A stretch of 64,000 nucleotides of DNA from Hemiscyllium ocellatum (GCF_020745735.1 NC_083410.1:3942117-4006116); one strand, 5' to 3'; counted from the first letter of the stretch, positions 1 to 13,145 are shown. Numbers and translations are program-made. The notes: generated by a model not told the origin, from the letters alone.

Positions 1-954
1 GACACCACTTTGCTGCTAGTACTATGCTTGTAATGCTGAAACTATTCAATGTGGAGCTCAATCTCACATCTCAGCAGATCACCTGCATCTGGAGAGATGG
101 AGAGAAACAGGAATCTCAGTCTCACTGTTGATCTGGAAAGTGTCAATACATTTCCAGTAAATTCCTTCATTGTTGGCCAGCCCACTTCCTCTTTCCTCTT
201 TCTGTGCTGTACTTTCAACACAAACCTCAAGCCATTCCATGGTAATGAGATACTGATACAGCAACATTACAACTCAGTCTGAGATAGGACAGCAATTGAA
301 AACACATTTATTTCAAACATTTTTTCCTGAATTTCTTTATCTTATCTCTAATGCTCTCTGTCACTGTGGGAAAGTAAATGGTTGGAATTGTTTCCATAGA
401 GTTCTGTGTTTGAGTTTCATTTTTGGATTGTGTGCTGGTGTTTGAGCCGGTATTTTGTAATTCACAATTTCCTACTTAAGGTGAAATTGGGCTTTCTCAC
501 AGTGCAATGGGAACCTACAATGTGAGATACGACACTGTATAATGCTGTCCAGTTGTCCCACTCCTGGATTCCAGTGTCTGTCATTTGAGGATCCCATGCC
601 AGCTCCGCACAAAGTTTCTGACTGAAGAACTGAACCTTTAAATATGACCACATTATGCAAAGAAACTGAACCTTCAGTATCTGTCCATCAAATAGATCCC
701 TCAATACACAATGTGACTGTGATACTTTTATGCGTCTCCTAGATTGACTCATACATAGGGTAATGCCTTGGGGGAATGGATAGGAACTGGGGAATTGTCT
801 TAATAATCCAACAGAGACTATTAAGAATGTACTAGGACATTTACCCAGTCAGTGTACCCCTCGCCAAGACTCTGAGTCAACAAACTAACAAGAAGCAAAC
901 TTGAATAGGTTTGACCAAGCGTGCCTCAGAAATCTGACATCAACCTGCCTGGCT

Positions 955-1630
955 CATGATCCAGTGAGTTTACTGCAAGTCCCTCAAATGCCAACATATC
1001 TTTCCTGAGCTGGAGGGCTGAAATTGTTCATAATGTTCCAAATGCAGTCTGACCAGAGCCTTATACAGCCTCAAAACTACACCCCTGCTCTTATATTCCA
1101 GCCCTCTTGAAATGAACGCCAACACTGCATTTGCCTTCCTAACTATAAACTGAACCTGCATCTTAACCTTAAGGAAATCGTGAACTAAGATTCCAAAATC
1201 CCTTTAAGCTTCATATTTCTGAAACTTTTCCCTTCTTAAAACATAATCTATGCATCTATTCTTCCTACTAGAATGCATAACTTCACACTTTCCAACACTG
1301 TATTCAATCAGCCACTTCTTTGTTCATTCTTTTAGCCTGTCTACATCTTTCTCTAGCCTCCCCACTTCTTTCACACTATCTGTCCCATCATCTATCTTTG
1401 TGTCATCTGCACACTTAGCAATAATTTCCCCTTTTACGATGACCATATCATTAACGTTTAAGATGTCCAACTGTGGACCCTACACTGACCCTAATGGGAC
1501 TCCATTAGTCACTGGCTAACATTGCATGAAAGACTCCTTTACCCATGCTCTCTGCCTTCTGTCAGCCAGCCAATCCCTCTCCACGCCACTACTTTGTTCC
1601 TAACATTATGGGATATGACATTATTTGGCA
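955..1630 (-). mobile_element. CR1-clade LINE fragment (RT C-terminal region)
   Basis: Minus ORF 970..1161 KANAVLAFISRGLEYKSRGVVLRLYKALVRLHLEHY is the typical CR1 post-RT segment; adjacent sequence is antisense CR1 RT. Confidence 0.85.
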
Positions 1631-1984
1631 GCCTCCGGTATTGCACCTTGTCAAAGACTGTCGGAATTAAAGCAGATCATGAGGAGGAATGGGGTTTCTG
1701 TCAAGTATGGTGGGAGAGGGATAGATCACATTGCTGGGTCTGTGCATTCCACTGTGGGGTCATTGGGTTAGACTGAGGGCACTGGATGGTGGATATTCAT
1801 GATAGGAGTAAGTAAAATATGGATGAATTGAATTTTAGGGCTGTGGGAGCAAATGGTTTCGGGGATAGGGGGTTATTGAATGTTCCAGACACAGGAGCTT
1901 GGACAATGGGTGGAGGGAGCTATGTGGATCAGGGCCAGGATGGTATGGGGATGGGAACGAGTGTAGACTCAAGGGGAAAGAGCA

Positions 1985-2690
1985 GAATCAGAGAATTATT
2001 ACAGCACAGAAGGAGGCCATCCTGCCCATTGTGTCTGCACCAGCTCTTCAAACGATCATCGTTACTTCGTGCCAATCTCCTCTGTCTTCCTTGTATCCCT
2101 GCCAACAATTTCAGACCAAATCAGCAACAAATCTCCTCTTGAAAGGCTCAGGTGAACCTGCCTCCACCACAGTTCCAGGCTGGATCACATTTCCTTCATT
2201 TGCAGATCACTTTAAACCTATGCCCCTCTTATTCTTGTTCCTTTTACAGGCAGAAACCCCTTCTCCCTATCTACTCTGTCCAGCCTGATCATGATTTTGA
2301 AAATCTCAATCAGATTTTCCTCTCATCCTGCCTTCTCTCCAGAGAGAAAGTTTCCAACGTCTTCAATCTCTCTGCATCGCTGAAGTTCCTCATCCCTCGA
2401 ATCATTCTTGTCAATCACTTCCTGCACACTCCGAGGACACTGCCTGCTTTATTAACCTCACTCTCCGTCCATCTGTACAAGAGCAGGGAGCTGCTGTGGA
2501 ACTTATACAAGACCCTTGTTCATTCCCAGCTGAAGTATTGTGTGCAGTTATAGGTCTCACACCACAGGAAGGATGTGACTGCTTTGGAGAGCGAATGTAA
2601 AAGTGATTTCTGAAACTGGTTTGAGGGATGAGGACAGATTGAAGACGTTGCGGCTGTTCTCTCTGGAGAGAAGGTGGATGAGAGGAAATC
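1985..2690. mobile_element. CR1 3' fragments (minus 1985-2460, plus 2470-2690)
   Basis: SRELLWNLYKTLVHSQLKYCVQL (plus) and antisense CR1 3' end sequence. Confidence 0.65.
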
Positions 2691-4170
2691 CAATAAAAAA
2701 CAAAGTTACTGTGAATGCTGGAAATTAGAAACAGAATTTGCTGGAAAAGCTCCACAGGTTTGGCATTAGTATGGCAGGGGGGTGGGACCCTGAGCTGTAT
2801 ACCGGAGGTGAGAGTTGATGCAGATGAGGCAATAGCAAGAGGTAGACTAGATAGTGGGAAGGATCTTCCTGGGAAGGAACCAAGGGATCAGTTAAAGTGT
2901 GTTTGCTTTAACACAAGGAGTATCAGGAATAAAAGTGATGATCTTACAGTATGGATCAGTACCTGGTGCTATGATGTTGTGGCCATAACAAAGACATGCA
3001 TTTCTCAGGGGCAGGAATGGTTGCTGGATGTTCCAGGGTTTAGAGCATTTAAAAAGAATAGGGAGGCTGGAAAAAGAGGAAAGGGTGTAGCACTACTAAT
3101 CAGAGAGGGTGTCACAGCTACAGAAGCTTCCATTGTCGAGGAGGGTCTGCCTACCGAGTCAGTAAGGGTGGAAATTAGGAACAGCAAGGGAGCAGTCACC
3201 TCGTTAGGGGTTTACTACAGGCCCCTCAATAGCAGCAGAGAGATTGAAGAAAGCATAGGTCGACAGATTTTGGAAAAGACGTAGTAGGGTTGTTATAGTG
3301 GGTGACTTTAACTTTCCCAATACTGATTGGAGCCTCCTTCGAGCAGAAGATTTGAATGGAGCTGTTTTTGTAAGGTGTGTTCGGGAGGGTTTCCTCACTC
3401 AGTATGTTGACAGGCCAACAAAGGGAGAGGCTATTCTAGACTTGGTGCTCGGAAATGAGCCGGGGCAGGTATCAGATGTTGTGGTGGGAGAGCATTTTGG
3501 TGATAGTGACCACAACTGCCTTACATTCTATATAGCTATGGAGAAGGAGAGAAGCAGGCAAAATGGGAGGATATTTAATTGGGGAAGAGGAAACTATGAT
3601 GCGATTAGACATGGGTTAGGATGGACTGGGAGCAATTGTTCCATGGTAAAGGCATTATAGACATGTGGAGACTGTTTAAGGAACAGTTGTGAGTGATGAA
3701 TAAATATGTCCCTCTGAGACAGGCAAGAAGGGGTAAGATAAAGGAACCGTGGATGACAAGAGCGGTGGAGCTCCTCATCAAAAGGAATAAGGTAGCTGAC
3801 ATAAGGTGGAGGAAGCTAGAGTCAAGCTCAGCTCTACAGGATTATAGGCAGGTGAGGAAGGAGCTCAAAAATGGTCTGAGGAGAGCCAGGAGCTGGCATG
3901 AGAAAGGCTTGGCAGAACGGATTAGGGAGAACACAAAGGCATTTTACACTTATGTGAGGAATAAGAGAATGGCCAAAGAAAGAGTAGGGCCAATCAGGGA
4001 TAGCAAAGGGAACTTGTGTGTGGAGTCTGATGAGGTAGGGGAAGCCCTAAATGAGTTTTTGCTTCTGTCGTTACGAAAGAAACAAACTTTGTATTGAATG
4101 AAACCTTTGAAGAGGAGGTGTGCATGCTGGAGTAGATAGAGACAGAGGAAGCTGATGTGCTGAAAATTTT

Positions 4171-4250
4171 CGAGGAGAAAGTGAGGACTGCAGATGCTGG
4201 AGATCAGAGCTGAAAATGTTCTGATGTGCTTTTCCAGCAACACATTTTCA
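4171..4250. mobile_element. 80-bp fold-back Penelope-like terminal fragment inserted in CR1
   Basis: 14-bp TSD GTGCTGAAAATTTT at 4157-4170 and 4251-4264; insert matches the GAAAGTGAGGACTGCAGATGCTGGAG repeat end, with its second half inverted. Confidence 0.8.
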
Positions 4251-5689
4251 GTGCTGAAAATTTTGTCAAACATTAAGGTTGACAAGTCACCAGACCCTGA
4301 CCAGATTTGTCCTCGGCTGCTTTGGGAAGCGAGAAATGCAATTGCTTCACCACTTGCGAAGATCTTTGCATCCTCGCTCTCCACTGGAGCCGCACCTGAG
4401 GACTGGAGAGAAGCAAATGTAATTCCTCTCTTCAAGAAGGGAAATAGGGAAATCCCCGGCAATTACAGACCAGTCGGTCTCACGTCTGTCGTTTGCAAGG
4501 TGCTAGAAAGGATTCTGAGGGATAGGATTTATGACCATCTGGAAGAGCATGGCTTGACTAAATGCAGTCAACACGGCTTTGTGAGGGGCAGGTCATGCCT
4601 CACAAACCTTATTGAGTTCTTTGAAGATGTGACTAGAAAAGTTGATGAGGGTCGAGTTGTGGATGTGGTGTATATGGACTTCAGCAAGGCATTTGATAAG
4701 GTTCCCCATTCAGAAGGTCAGGAGGAATGAGATGCAGGGGAACCTAGCTGTCTGGATACAGAATTGGCTGGCCAACAGAAGACAGCGAGTGGTAGTAGAA
4801 GGAAAATATTCTGCCTGGAAGTCAGTGATGAGTGGTGTTCCACAGGGCTCTGTCCTATGGCTTCTGCTGTTTGTAATTTTTATTAATGATTTGGATGAGG
4901 GGATTGAAGGATGGGTCAGCAAGTTTGCTGATGACACAAAGGTTGGAGGTGTCGTTGACAGGATAGAGGGCTGTTGTAGGCTGCAGCTGGACATTGACAG
5001 GATGCAGTGATGGGCTGAGAGGTGGCAGATAGAGTTCAACCTGGGTAAATGCGAGGTGATGCATTTTGGAAGATTGAATTTGAAAGCTGAGTACAGCATT
5101 AAGGATAGGATTCTTGAAAGTGTGGAGGAACAGAGGGATCTTGATGTGCAGGTACATAGATCCCTTAAAATGGCCACCCAAGTAGACAGGGTTGTTGAGA
5201 AAGCATATGGTGTTTTGGCTTTCATTAATGGGGGATTGAGTTTAAGTGTCATGAGATCTCGTTGCAGCTCTATTAAACTTTGGTTAGACCATCCAGTTTT
5301 GCTCTCCCTATAATAGGAAAGATGTGGATGCTTTGGAGAGGGTTCAGAGGAGGTTTACCAGGATGCTGCCTGGACTGGAGGGCTTATCTTATGAAGAGAG
5401 GTTGACTGAGCTCGGACTTTTTTCATTGGAGAAAGGGAGGAGGAAAGTGAACCTAATTGAGGTATACAAGATAATGAGAGGCATAGATAGAGTCGATAGC
5501 CAGAAACTACTTCCCAAGGCAGAAATGGCTAACACAAGGGGTCATAGATTTAAGCTGGTTGGAGGAACCTATAGAGGGGATGTCAGAGGCGGGTTCTTTA
5601 CACAAAGAGTTGTGAGAGCATGCAATACGTTGCCAGCAGCAGTTGTGGAAGCAAGGTCATTGGGGACATTTAAAAAACTGCTGGACATT

Positions 5690-6085
5690 CTGGTCCACAT
5701 CCATGAACACCAACTAGCCGCAAAATGACATGACAGCTAGCCATAGTGGCCACACACTCAGATGGCAAGCAACATGAGTTCAATTGGGACAACACTACTA
5801 TTATAGGACAAGCCAAACAGAGAACAGCCAGGGTATTTTCTCGAGGCATGGCACTCATCCACAGAATCAATCAATAAGCACATCGACCTGGACCCAATAT
5901 ACTGGCCCCTGCAGTGGACAGCTGGAACTGACAACCGGAAGCGGCAGGTACAAATCACTATAAATGCCGGAGGAAACATCACAGAAGCGCTTCACAGGAG
6001 GCTCCCAAGCACTGAGGATGTCACCTAGACAGGGGACGAAACATCTGCAACACAAATTCCCAGCTCAGTGAACAGAACCACAACA
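5690..6085 (+). mobile_element. Penelope-like element 3' fragment (GIY-YIG C-terminus + pLTR) nested in CR1 3' end
   Basis: Aligns to 19630-20090 (IHEHQLA..., WDNTTIIGQAKQRTAR...); degenerate hammerhead CTGAGGA...GAAACATC at 6012-6045. Confidence 0.85.
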
Positions 6086-6479
6086 GGCAATGCATATGGC
6101 CACAGAAATTTGAGGATGCATACATGAGGATCAATGGTCGGCACAACATCGTGGGCTGAAGGGCCTGTTCTGTGCTGTACTCTTCTATGTTCTATGCTCT
6201 ATGTTTGGCAGCATTTGTGGAAAAGAATCAAAGTTAACGTTTCAGGTTCAGTGGCCCTTCCCCAGGAACTCTTATCTACAACTTTCTGAGCTCAATTCTG
6301 AGTTCAACTCCGACAGATTGTGAACCCATTCCTTCCCTTTCTTTTGCTTGTTACATTCTCAATCAGCATGTCTTCTCCCACACTCCCCATCTCCATGGAG
6401 TTATATTCTTCCTAAATGTTCCCTTCCAGAAGAAAGTGTATGTCACTGTGTTTCTTGAGATGACCTTCTCCTGTCCAGT

Positions 6480-7100
6480 GTCTCTCTCAGGGCAGGGAGC
6501 TCAGTGTCAGAGTGTACACACTGCTGTGTTTGTGCATCAGTGGTGGAGTGGACATTTGTGGATGTGATACCAATCAAGGGGCTGCTTCTTCCTGGATGGT
6601 GTCAAGCTTCTGGGTGTTGTTGGAACTGCAACCATCCAGGCAAGTCATCCACCACACTCCTGACATGGGCCTGCAGATGGTGGACAGTCTTTGAGGAGTC
6701 AGAAGGTCAGTTACTTACTGCAGGATACCTCGACTCTGACCTGCTCTTGTAGCCCCTGTGTTTACATGATGAGTGCTGATGAGTTTCTGGTCATCGATAG
6801 CTCCTGGACATTGATAGTGGGGGAATTGTCACATGGCAATACCATTGAATGTTAAGGAACAGCAATGAGATTGCCTCTTATTCGAGATGGGGGTCATTGC
6901 CTGGCACATGTGTGATGCAGGTTTTACTTATCACATGTCAGCCCAAACCTGGATATTGTCCAGACCTTACTATATTTCAACATGGACTGCTTCAGTGTCT
7001 GAGGAGTCACAAATGGTGCTGAACGTTGTGCAATCATTGACAAACATCCTCATTTCTGACCTATTAATGGAGGAAAGATCATTGATGGTTGCACCTGAGG
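6480..7100 (-). mobile_element. CR1/L2-group LINE RT fragment
   Basis: Minus ORF 6970..7182 TINDLSSINRSEMRMFVNDCTTFSTICDSSDTEAVHVEI (decayed FADD region); related copies at 26470-27580 and 40760-41265. Confidence 0.75.
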
Positions 7101-7289
7101 GCGAGAGTGAGCTGCCGTGCTCCTGGCTGAGCTCACCCTGCTCTTCATTTGGAGATTCAGCCCATCCACAACAGGAAAACATTTACTATTCTCCATCCTT
7201 AACTGCACCCTGACCCCAATGTGGGTCCTCCCAATTGTTGCAGCCCTCAAGCCCTCATCCCTGTCTCTCAAAAATGGTGTAGTCCAAAT

Positions 7290-8420
7290 GTAGTGAGGCA
7301 GACTTGATTCAGGAGTTCAAGGTCAAGGAATCCCGAGTAACCAGTGACCATGAGATGATAGAATTCACATGGAGTTTGAGAAGGAGATGATTGAATCACA
7401 TGTAACAGAGTTACAACTGTGCAAAGATTAATACAAAGACATGAGCGAGGAGCTGGCTAGAGTTGATTGGAAGGCAATGGAGAAGCAATGGCAGGGGTTT
7501 CTGGGCATAATTTGGGAGGCACAGCTGAAACTCATCCAGTGGAAGAAGGAATATACTCAGCAGAGGATGAGGCAAACATGACTGGCAGTACCCTCATTAC
7601 GTTGTGGTCTAATGACCCCTGTTGTCTCTCTCTCTTACCTTTCAAATCTCTGAAAATATCTGTTGCAATCCTCTCTTCACTGCTAGATAGCGTGGTTACA
7701 TCTTTCATCTTCTCCGCCTCGTTGCTTTTTCTTCGTTATCTTCTGCTGGTGTTTAAAGATTTCCCAGTCCTCTCGTTTCCCACTAATCTTCACCACGTCG
7801 TCTGCTTTTTACTTTGCTTTTGTTCATCTCTGGCTCCAGCCAGAACTTCAAGAAGATCCGGGGCAGAGGTGAATGTAGCAGAAGGGACTGGGGAAGCTGA
7901 AAAGTCTGAAGGTGTATAAATCACCCAGAGCCAATGGATGACACCCCAGAGTTCTGAAGGAGATTTCAAAAATATGTTAAAAAGACTTGAGGGCAATTCT
8001 TTTACACAGAGATTGGTTCGGGTATGGAATGAACTTCCAGAGGAAGTGGTGCATGTGGGGACAGTTACAATGTTTAAAAAATATTTAGATCAATACTTGA
8101 ATGAGAAAGGTTTGGAGGGATATGAGCCAGGCACAGGCAGGTTGAACTCATTTATTTTGGGATTTTGATCGGGATGGACAGGTTGGGCCGAAAGTTATGT
8201 TTCCAGGCTGTTTATCCCTAAAGCTCAGCTGAGGAGATTGTAGAGGAGATGGTGGTGATCTTTCACGAATCACGAGAATCATGGAGGGTCCCCGAGGCGT
8301 GGAAAATGGCTAATGGAACACCCCTATGATAAAGATAGATAGGGTCCTGATCAATAAGGGGAGCAAGGGTTAGAAGGAAAATGCAGGAGAATGGGATTGC
8401 AAAACATATTATTTGCAATC
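7290..8420. mobile_element. Mixed decayed CR1 fragments
   Basis: GNSFTQRLVRVWNELPEEVV (7938..8168) is a CR1 3' motif; CR1 endonuclease-linker remnants upstream. Confidence 0.65.
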
Positions 8421-8679
8421 AAATGGTGGAGCAGGTATGGTTTATTGTCCGAGTCCCACTCCACAGTCATGAGCACAAAATAATCTCTGAAGCTGTTGGT
8501 CAGTACAATATAACACGAAAGATCAAAGCTCAGGAGTTGTCTAAAACAATTTGGTTTCTGATTATTGACTGGAATCCACAACAACTGTTGATTATATCCA
8601 GGAGATTTTATCCTGACTTCATTGCCAGGTGATTATTTTGAGATTTCTGTTCTGATCTCAGATATTTTCTACTCACAGT

Positions 8680-9000
8680 CAGGAAACATGGGCAGCTCTT
8701 ATCCAATATCCTGAAGCAGTGACAGTGCCTGAGGGCGGGACAGTGACATTTCGCTGTGATCTGTGGAGCAGTAATGTCAATTACACGGTGGACAAATGTA
8801 ATGTACACTGGCACCATTCCCGAGACGGGCCGATCATAACCGAGTCATTATGCAAAAGTCGGCGGTGTTTCCCGATCGAGAGGATTCTCTGAGCGGTTTC
8901 AGCTTTCCAGAAATGTGACCAGTAACAGCTTCATTCAATACCTACATCTGTGAGATTTGAGGGAAAGTCTTTGGGAAAGGGACCCGTCTGAATGTGACCA
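8680..9000 (+). pseudogene. Germline-joined VJ-type Ig V-domain exon, pseudogene (subfamily A)
   Basis: LIQYPEAVTVPEGGTVTFRC...NVHW, then frameshift, GFSERFQLSRNVTSNSFI, a deletion of about 10 aa, then TYICEI*GKVFGKGTRLNVT; donor GTAAGT at 9001. Confidence 0.9.
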
Positions 9001-9094
9001 GTAAGTATTCTCTAATACAAAATTGATTTGATTGCCAGTGATTTCACCATGGAAGCATCTTGTATATATGAACATTTCATAAACTTTATAACAG

Positions 9095-9262
9095 ACCCAC
9101 TCCAGTACTTTCAACCCCCTCCACAGCCTCTTGGCCCCTCCCCCCGGGTTCTCAACCCATTCCCTCCTAAACCCTGTCCTCAGCAGAAGCAGCACAGTCA
9201 GCTCACTGCCCTGGATCACAGACCATTCCCCTGACTCCTGCCAGTCAGTCAGGCAGTGACAG
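9095..9262 (+). pseudogene. Candidate Pro-rich hinge/stalk exon after V exon
   Basis: 94-bp intron 9001-9094 ending TTTATAACAG; 168-nt phase-1/phase-1 block NPLQYFQPPPQPLGPSPRVLNPFPPKPCPQ...RPFP*LLPVSQAVT ending at donor GTAGG; one stop. Confidence 0.4.
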
Positions 9263-9830
9263 GTAGGGAGCGAGTGACAGAGAGGGAGTGAGTGATAGAG
9301 TGAGCGATAAAGAGGGAGTGACAGAAAGGGAGCGAGTGATTGAGTGACAAAGAGGGAGGGAAGGAGCGAGTGACAGAGAGGGAGTGAGTGACAGACAGGT
9401 AGTGAGTGACAGAGACGAAGTGACAGTGAGGGAGTGACAGGGAGTGAGTGAGTGGCAGTGAAAGAGTAAAGATGGGTGAATAGTGAGAGCAAATGTGTAA
9501 TATTTAACGAAGGTCAATGAAGGTAAATGAGTGAGTGAGTGAGGATGAGTGTGTGAGGATGAGTAATCATGACTGAGATGGTGAGTGTGGAGTGAGAGTG
9601 AGTAAGTATGAGTGAGTGAGGGTGGGCGATGAGCAAGTGATGGTGAATGAGGGTCAGTAAGGATCAATAAGAGTGAATGAGGGAGAGTAGGTGATTCTGG
9701 GAAATGAGTGACTGAGCTGTGAGTGAGACACCAGTGATGTATGAGTCAGGGTGACTGAGGATTCAGTGAGGAGTGTCAGAGGAATGAGTGAGGGTCACTG
9801 AGAGTGTGACAGTGAGTGAGGTTTAGACAT
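9245..9830. repeat. GAGT/GTGA-type low-complexity tandem repeat
   Basis: Degenerate GAGTGA/GTGACA units seen directly. Confidence 0.85.
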
Positions 9831-11544
9831 TAGAATAATTGCAGATTGATTTTCAATGAGAAAAAGCCATTATTTACAGGATTTTCAAGCAGTTTTGGAG
9901 GAGAACCGGCTGGGGTCAGAAGTCAATACAATTTCTCTCCTTGATGGAAGAATGTGGCAGTTTAGAGAAAACTTTGTTGTTTCCATGTAAAAGCTTAGTT
10001 AGTGACACTTCCACGGGAGGGTCTGCTACAGAAGCTAAGTTTATTAAAAGACTGAGAAAGTCTAATCTCACGTGGTTTGATTTTCCAATGAGGGGCAATC
10101 TCTCCCTGATTGTCACTGTATCACTTCCTTTTTCTCCAAAAGGAGTGACTTCCATGTAACTGAGAGGAGATTTCAATCAGGACTCCTTCAGAAATGCAGA
10201 ACCATATTTCTATTCTGACAGTTCTTGTGGAGCACAGAATGTCACCGGAAGGCAAACAGCAGTCCCCAATGTTACAGCTGTCAGCTGCCACCTTCTGCAA
10301 TTAAAAGGAAACCTTCAATGTAACTTGAGGTTGAAATGTGAAGAATCACAGGCAGCCACTTTAGCAGCTGCTGTTAAAATGTAAGGATGTCAGGTATGTG
10401 TGAGGGTTCAGTGCTGGGAGGGTAGGGAGTCAGACTGGTAAAGGAATGGAGTAAATAGGATGCCAGGGGTGAGAGTGCCAGCTGAGTAGGATACCAACTA
10501 GGACAGGGTTAGGGTGACAGGTGCAAGTGTGCCAGGTGGGAAAGGATACATATGTGGAGTGGGGCAAGAAAGGAGCATGTCAGGGAGTGGGGAAGGGATG
10601 TTAATTTAATCATTCAAGGGATGAGGGCATTGGACTGCCTCGACCTGCATTTAATACCCAGCCAAATGAGACAGAGGGTAGATGGGAGTCAACCACATTG
10701 TTGTGTGTCTGGAGTCACATGTATGCCAGAGCAGGTAAAGGTGTCAGTTTCTTTCCCCAAAGAATATTAAAGAAACAGAATTTGCTTTGCTCTGGGTTTT
10801 AGATCTTTTAAACTGTTCTCTACCTTTAGATAAAAATCGGACTGATTTGTTTTTACTTTTCTTTTGTATTGTGAAATAAATTCCTGAATCATTGTTGAAA
10901 AGAAAATCAACAGGCTTGTGTGTCTTAATTCAGTGAATTAATAACAATTCAGCTCAAAGAAACAAGATCTATTTGGCTAAATTTCATTTTGAGTTCTGTC
11001 TTATCCAGAGTCCTCACTTGCTGGGATCATAACGGCATGGTGATATGAGAATTCCCTGAACTTCTTCACCTTTCCCTGTTGCAAGTAATGTCGTGGATCT
11101 GTTTTCATGCTGGCAGAGCTATTTTGCATCATCCTCAATGGTTCTGTGTCCTTCTTATAACATGATAGTTGCAACTGCAACAAAACTCCAATTGGACGGG
11201 AACAAAGGGCTGATACAAGTTCAGCTTAGATACACATAGAGTCTATTCCTCTAGCAACAAAGCCAGCACTATTCCTGATGTGATAGGTAATGTCCTTGCC
11301 TCTGAATCAGACATCCCCCAATGAAGTTCCACTCCAGGACCAATAGCCAAATAAGATAAGCTCATAATGAGGCCAAATGCGGTGACAATCATTAAGCTGT
11401 AAATCCCTCTGATACCCCTAAAGCAGGCAGGAAAAGTGGGAAATATTTTCTCAGTTTCTCTCACAACAAATGCTGCCAGACCTGAAGAGTTACTCCAGCA
11501 CCTTGTGCTTTCATTTCACATCTCTCCTCAGACTCAAGCCGCTA

Positions 11545-11841
11545 TTAGAGGAACTCAATATCACTGGATTCCAATGTTTCTCTCCCCAAATCACCTCCTT
11601 TCCAATTTATTTCCTCTAAAACCAAGTGCCATGCCAGTTCCTCAAATGCCTGGAATGTCTCAGCTTTGTCACGTAAAGGTACCTTTGGTTTATTCACCAA
11701 TTCAATCAATGTGGGTTTGGAAAGTTCCTTGAAGACTATCAATGAAAATACTGTCATGTATAAGAAATCAGTTCCAGAGAAGACTTCAATGCAGAAGCAA
11801 ACCTTTTGTTTTCTTTCACTTGCTTTGTTCATTAATAACAC
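11545..11841 (-). mobile_element. Possible Gypsy gag N-terminal remnant
   Basis: FKELSKPTLIELVNKPKVPLRDKAETF...LAWHLVLEE resembles gag N-termini of fish Gypsy elements; weak similarity judged by eye. Confidence 0.3.
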
Positions 11842-12495
11842 ACCCAGATCCTCACTGCTTCTCTTTCAAATCATTCCTGGCCAAGTCCCCTAACCTTATT
11901 CCTCTTCCCTGGTATAGCTCTAGAAATCATGACCCACTAATCCAGGAGGCATCACAAATGGTCACGATTTTAAGAAGCACACAAATCCCACTTTTATCTC
12001 TTTTTTTGATACCAGATTCACAGAGAACACTGACCAGGTGCCGGAACATCACAAGAATCACTACTCATTGCAGATGAATGGGCTGCAGCTACTCAAAAAC
12101 ACTTACAAACCTTCACCATATCCCTCTACTGTTTAATATTCTAACTCTGCTATAAACTCCTCTTGCATACATCTCCAGACAGGCAAAGACAGAATAAACA
12201 TGGGAGGGAAAGTCTGGGAAAGCAGTTGACTGGCCACATTTCCCAGAGTTCTCTGAGATGACCTTTGTGGCTGGTGGGGACATGCTGTTCCTTGATGCTC
12301 CCTCTCTAATGCCTTTCACTGGTGTGAAACAGATTCAGGGAGTCTGGCTCACACTCTGGATCCACGTAATGTGGGATCAGTTTAATGGATCTCCCCTTGA
12401 GAGTCACTGTAAAGACTCAATGATTTCTCTTCAATTCAATCTCTGAAACACATCACAGGTGGAGGCAACAACAACCTGCATTGAAATAGCTCCAC

Positions 12496-13145
12496 TGTTA
12501 CAACAGAGAACTCCCAAATGCCACTATTTAAAGAAAACAACATCAATTTATTCTTTAACTCTGTATGTCAATATTAAACAACAACTATTCACAAATCTAA
12601 GTCTTCCCCTTTCTCTCAACTGCTTATTATCTGCCTCCACCTCCATAACAATATGCTGTTCCAATAAGGCATGCATTAAAATTACACCAACTTTATTTCA
12701 AAACCACACAGTGACTGTTGTCTGCGGTACCTATTTTTTCTGGCTGTAGATCTCCCCGGGCCGTCTTCTTTCTTTTCACTGCAAACATGTTTCCAATGAA
12801 AAGGTATCTTAATTTCTTGGATCTGTTTTGATGGCAGTTGCGCCGACCTATTTTCATAATGGCTGCCTTTTAATATCCCCAACATTGAATTGTCTCATTT
12901 GTTTGATGTTGGCAAAACAAGAAATTAAAACTCGATTGGTTTTTAGTAGCTGGGGGCATAGTTTAAACTGATTGGTTAAATTTGAAATGTTGCCAAAATA
13001 GCAACCATAGCCAAATGTTACATATTTTCAATTTTCCAGTAAAATTTGAGACTACTGTCTAGTCATATGACAGGCGCTTGTCAGCTCTCAATGCAGAACA
13101 ACATTCACTCTCAAAGGTGCAGTACACACCTTCAGCTTCATAACA
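12496..13145 (-). mobile_element. 3' LTR of Gmr1-like Gypsy retrotransposon
   Basis: Minus-strand termini TGTTATG...TGTAACA; purine-rich PPT AAGTGGTGAGG (13146-13156) immediately upstream; AATAAA at 12547-12552. Confidence 0.7.

Larger units (their letters stand above)
2770..6205 (+). mobile_element. Near-complete CR1 LINE ORF2 (APE endonuclease + reverse transcriptase), fragmented by stops and frameshifts
   Basis: CFNTRSIRNK, GVYYRPLN, GDFNFPNTDW, SDHN (APE); NYRPVGLTSVVCK, QHGFVRGRSCLTNL, YMDFSKAFDKVPH, GVPQGSVL, FADDTK (RT); ends in a TTCTA-type tail near 6180-6205. Confidence 0.95.

Noticed and set aside
498-525. CACAGTG-12-ACAATGTGA as an RSS
   Set aside because: Nonamer matches only 4/9 and no V, D or J coding sequence adjoins it.
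3950-5252. Long minus-strand ORFs (170 and 180 aa); similarly 38367..38981 on plus
   Set aside because: Antisense shadows of CR1 ORF2.
8935-9667. 185-aa and 140-aa Leu/Ser/His-rich ORFs (similarly 24611..25127, 57376..57695)
   Set aside because: Translations of low-complexity repeats.
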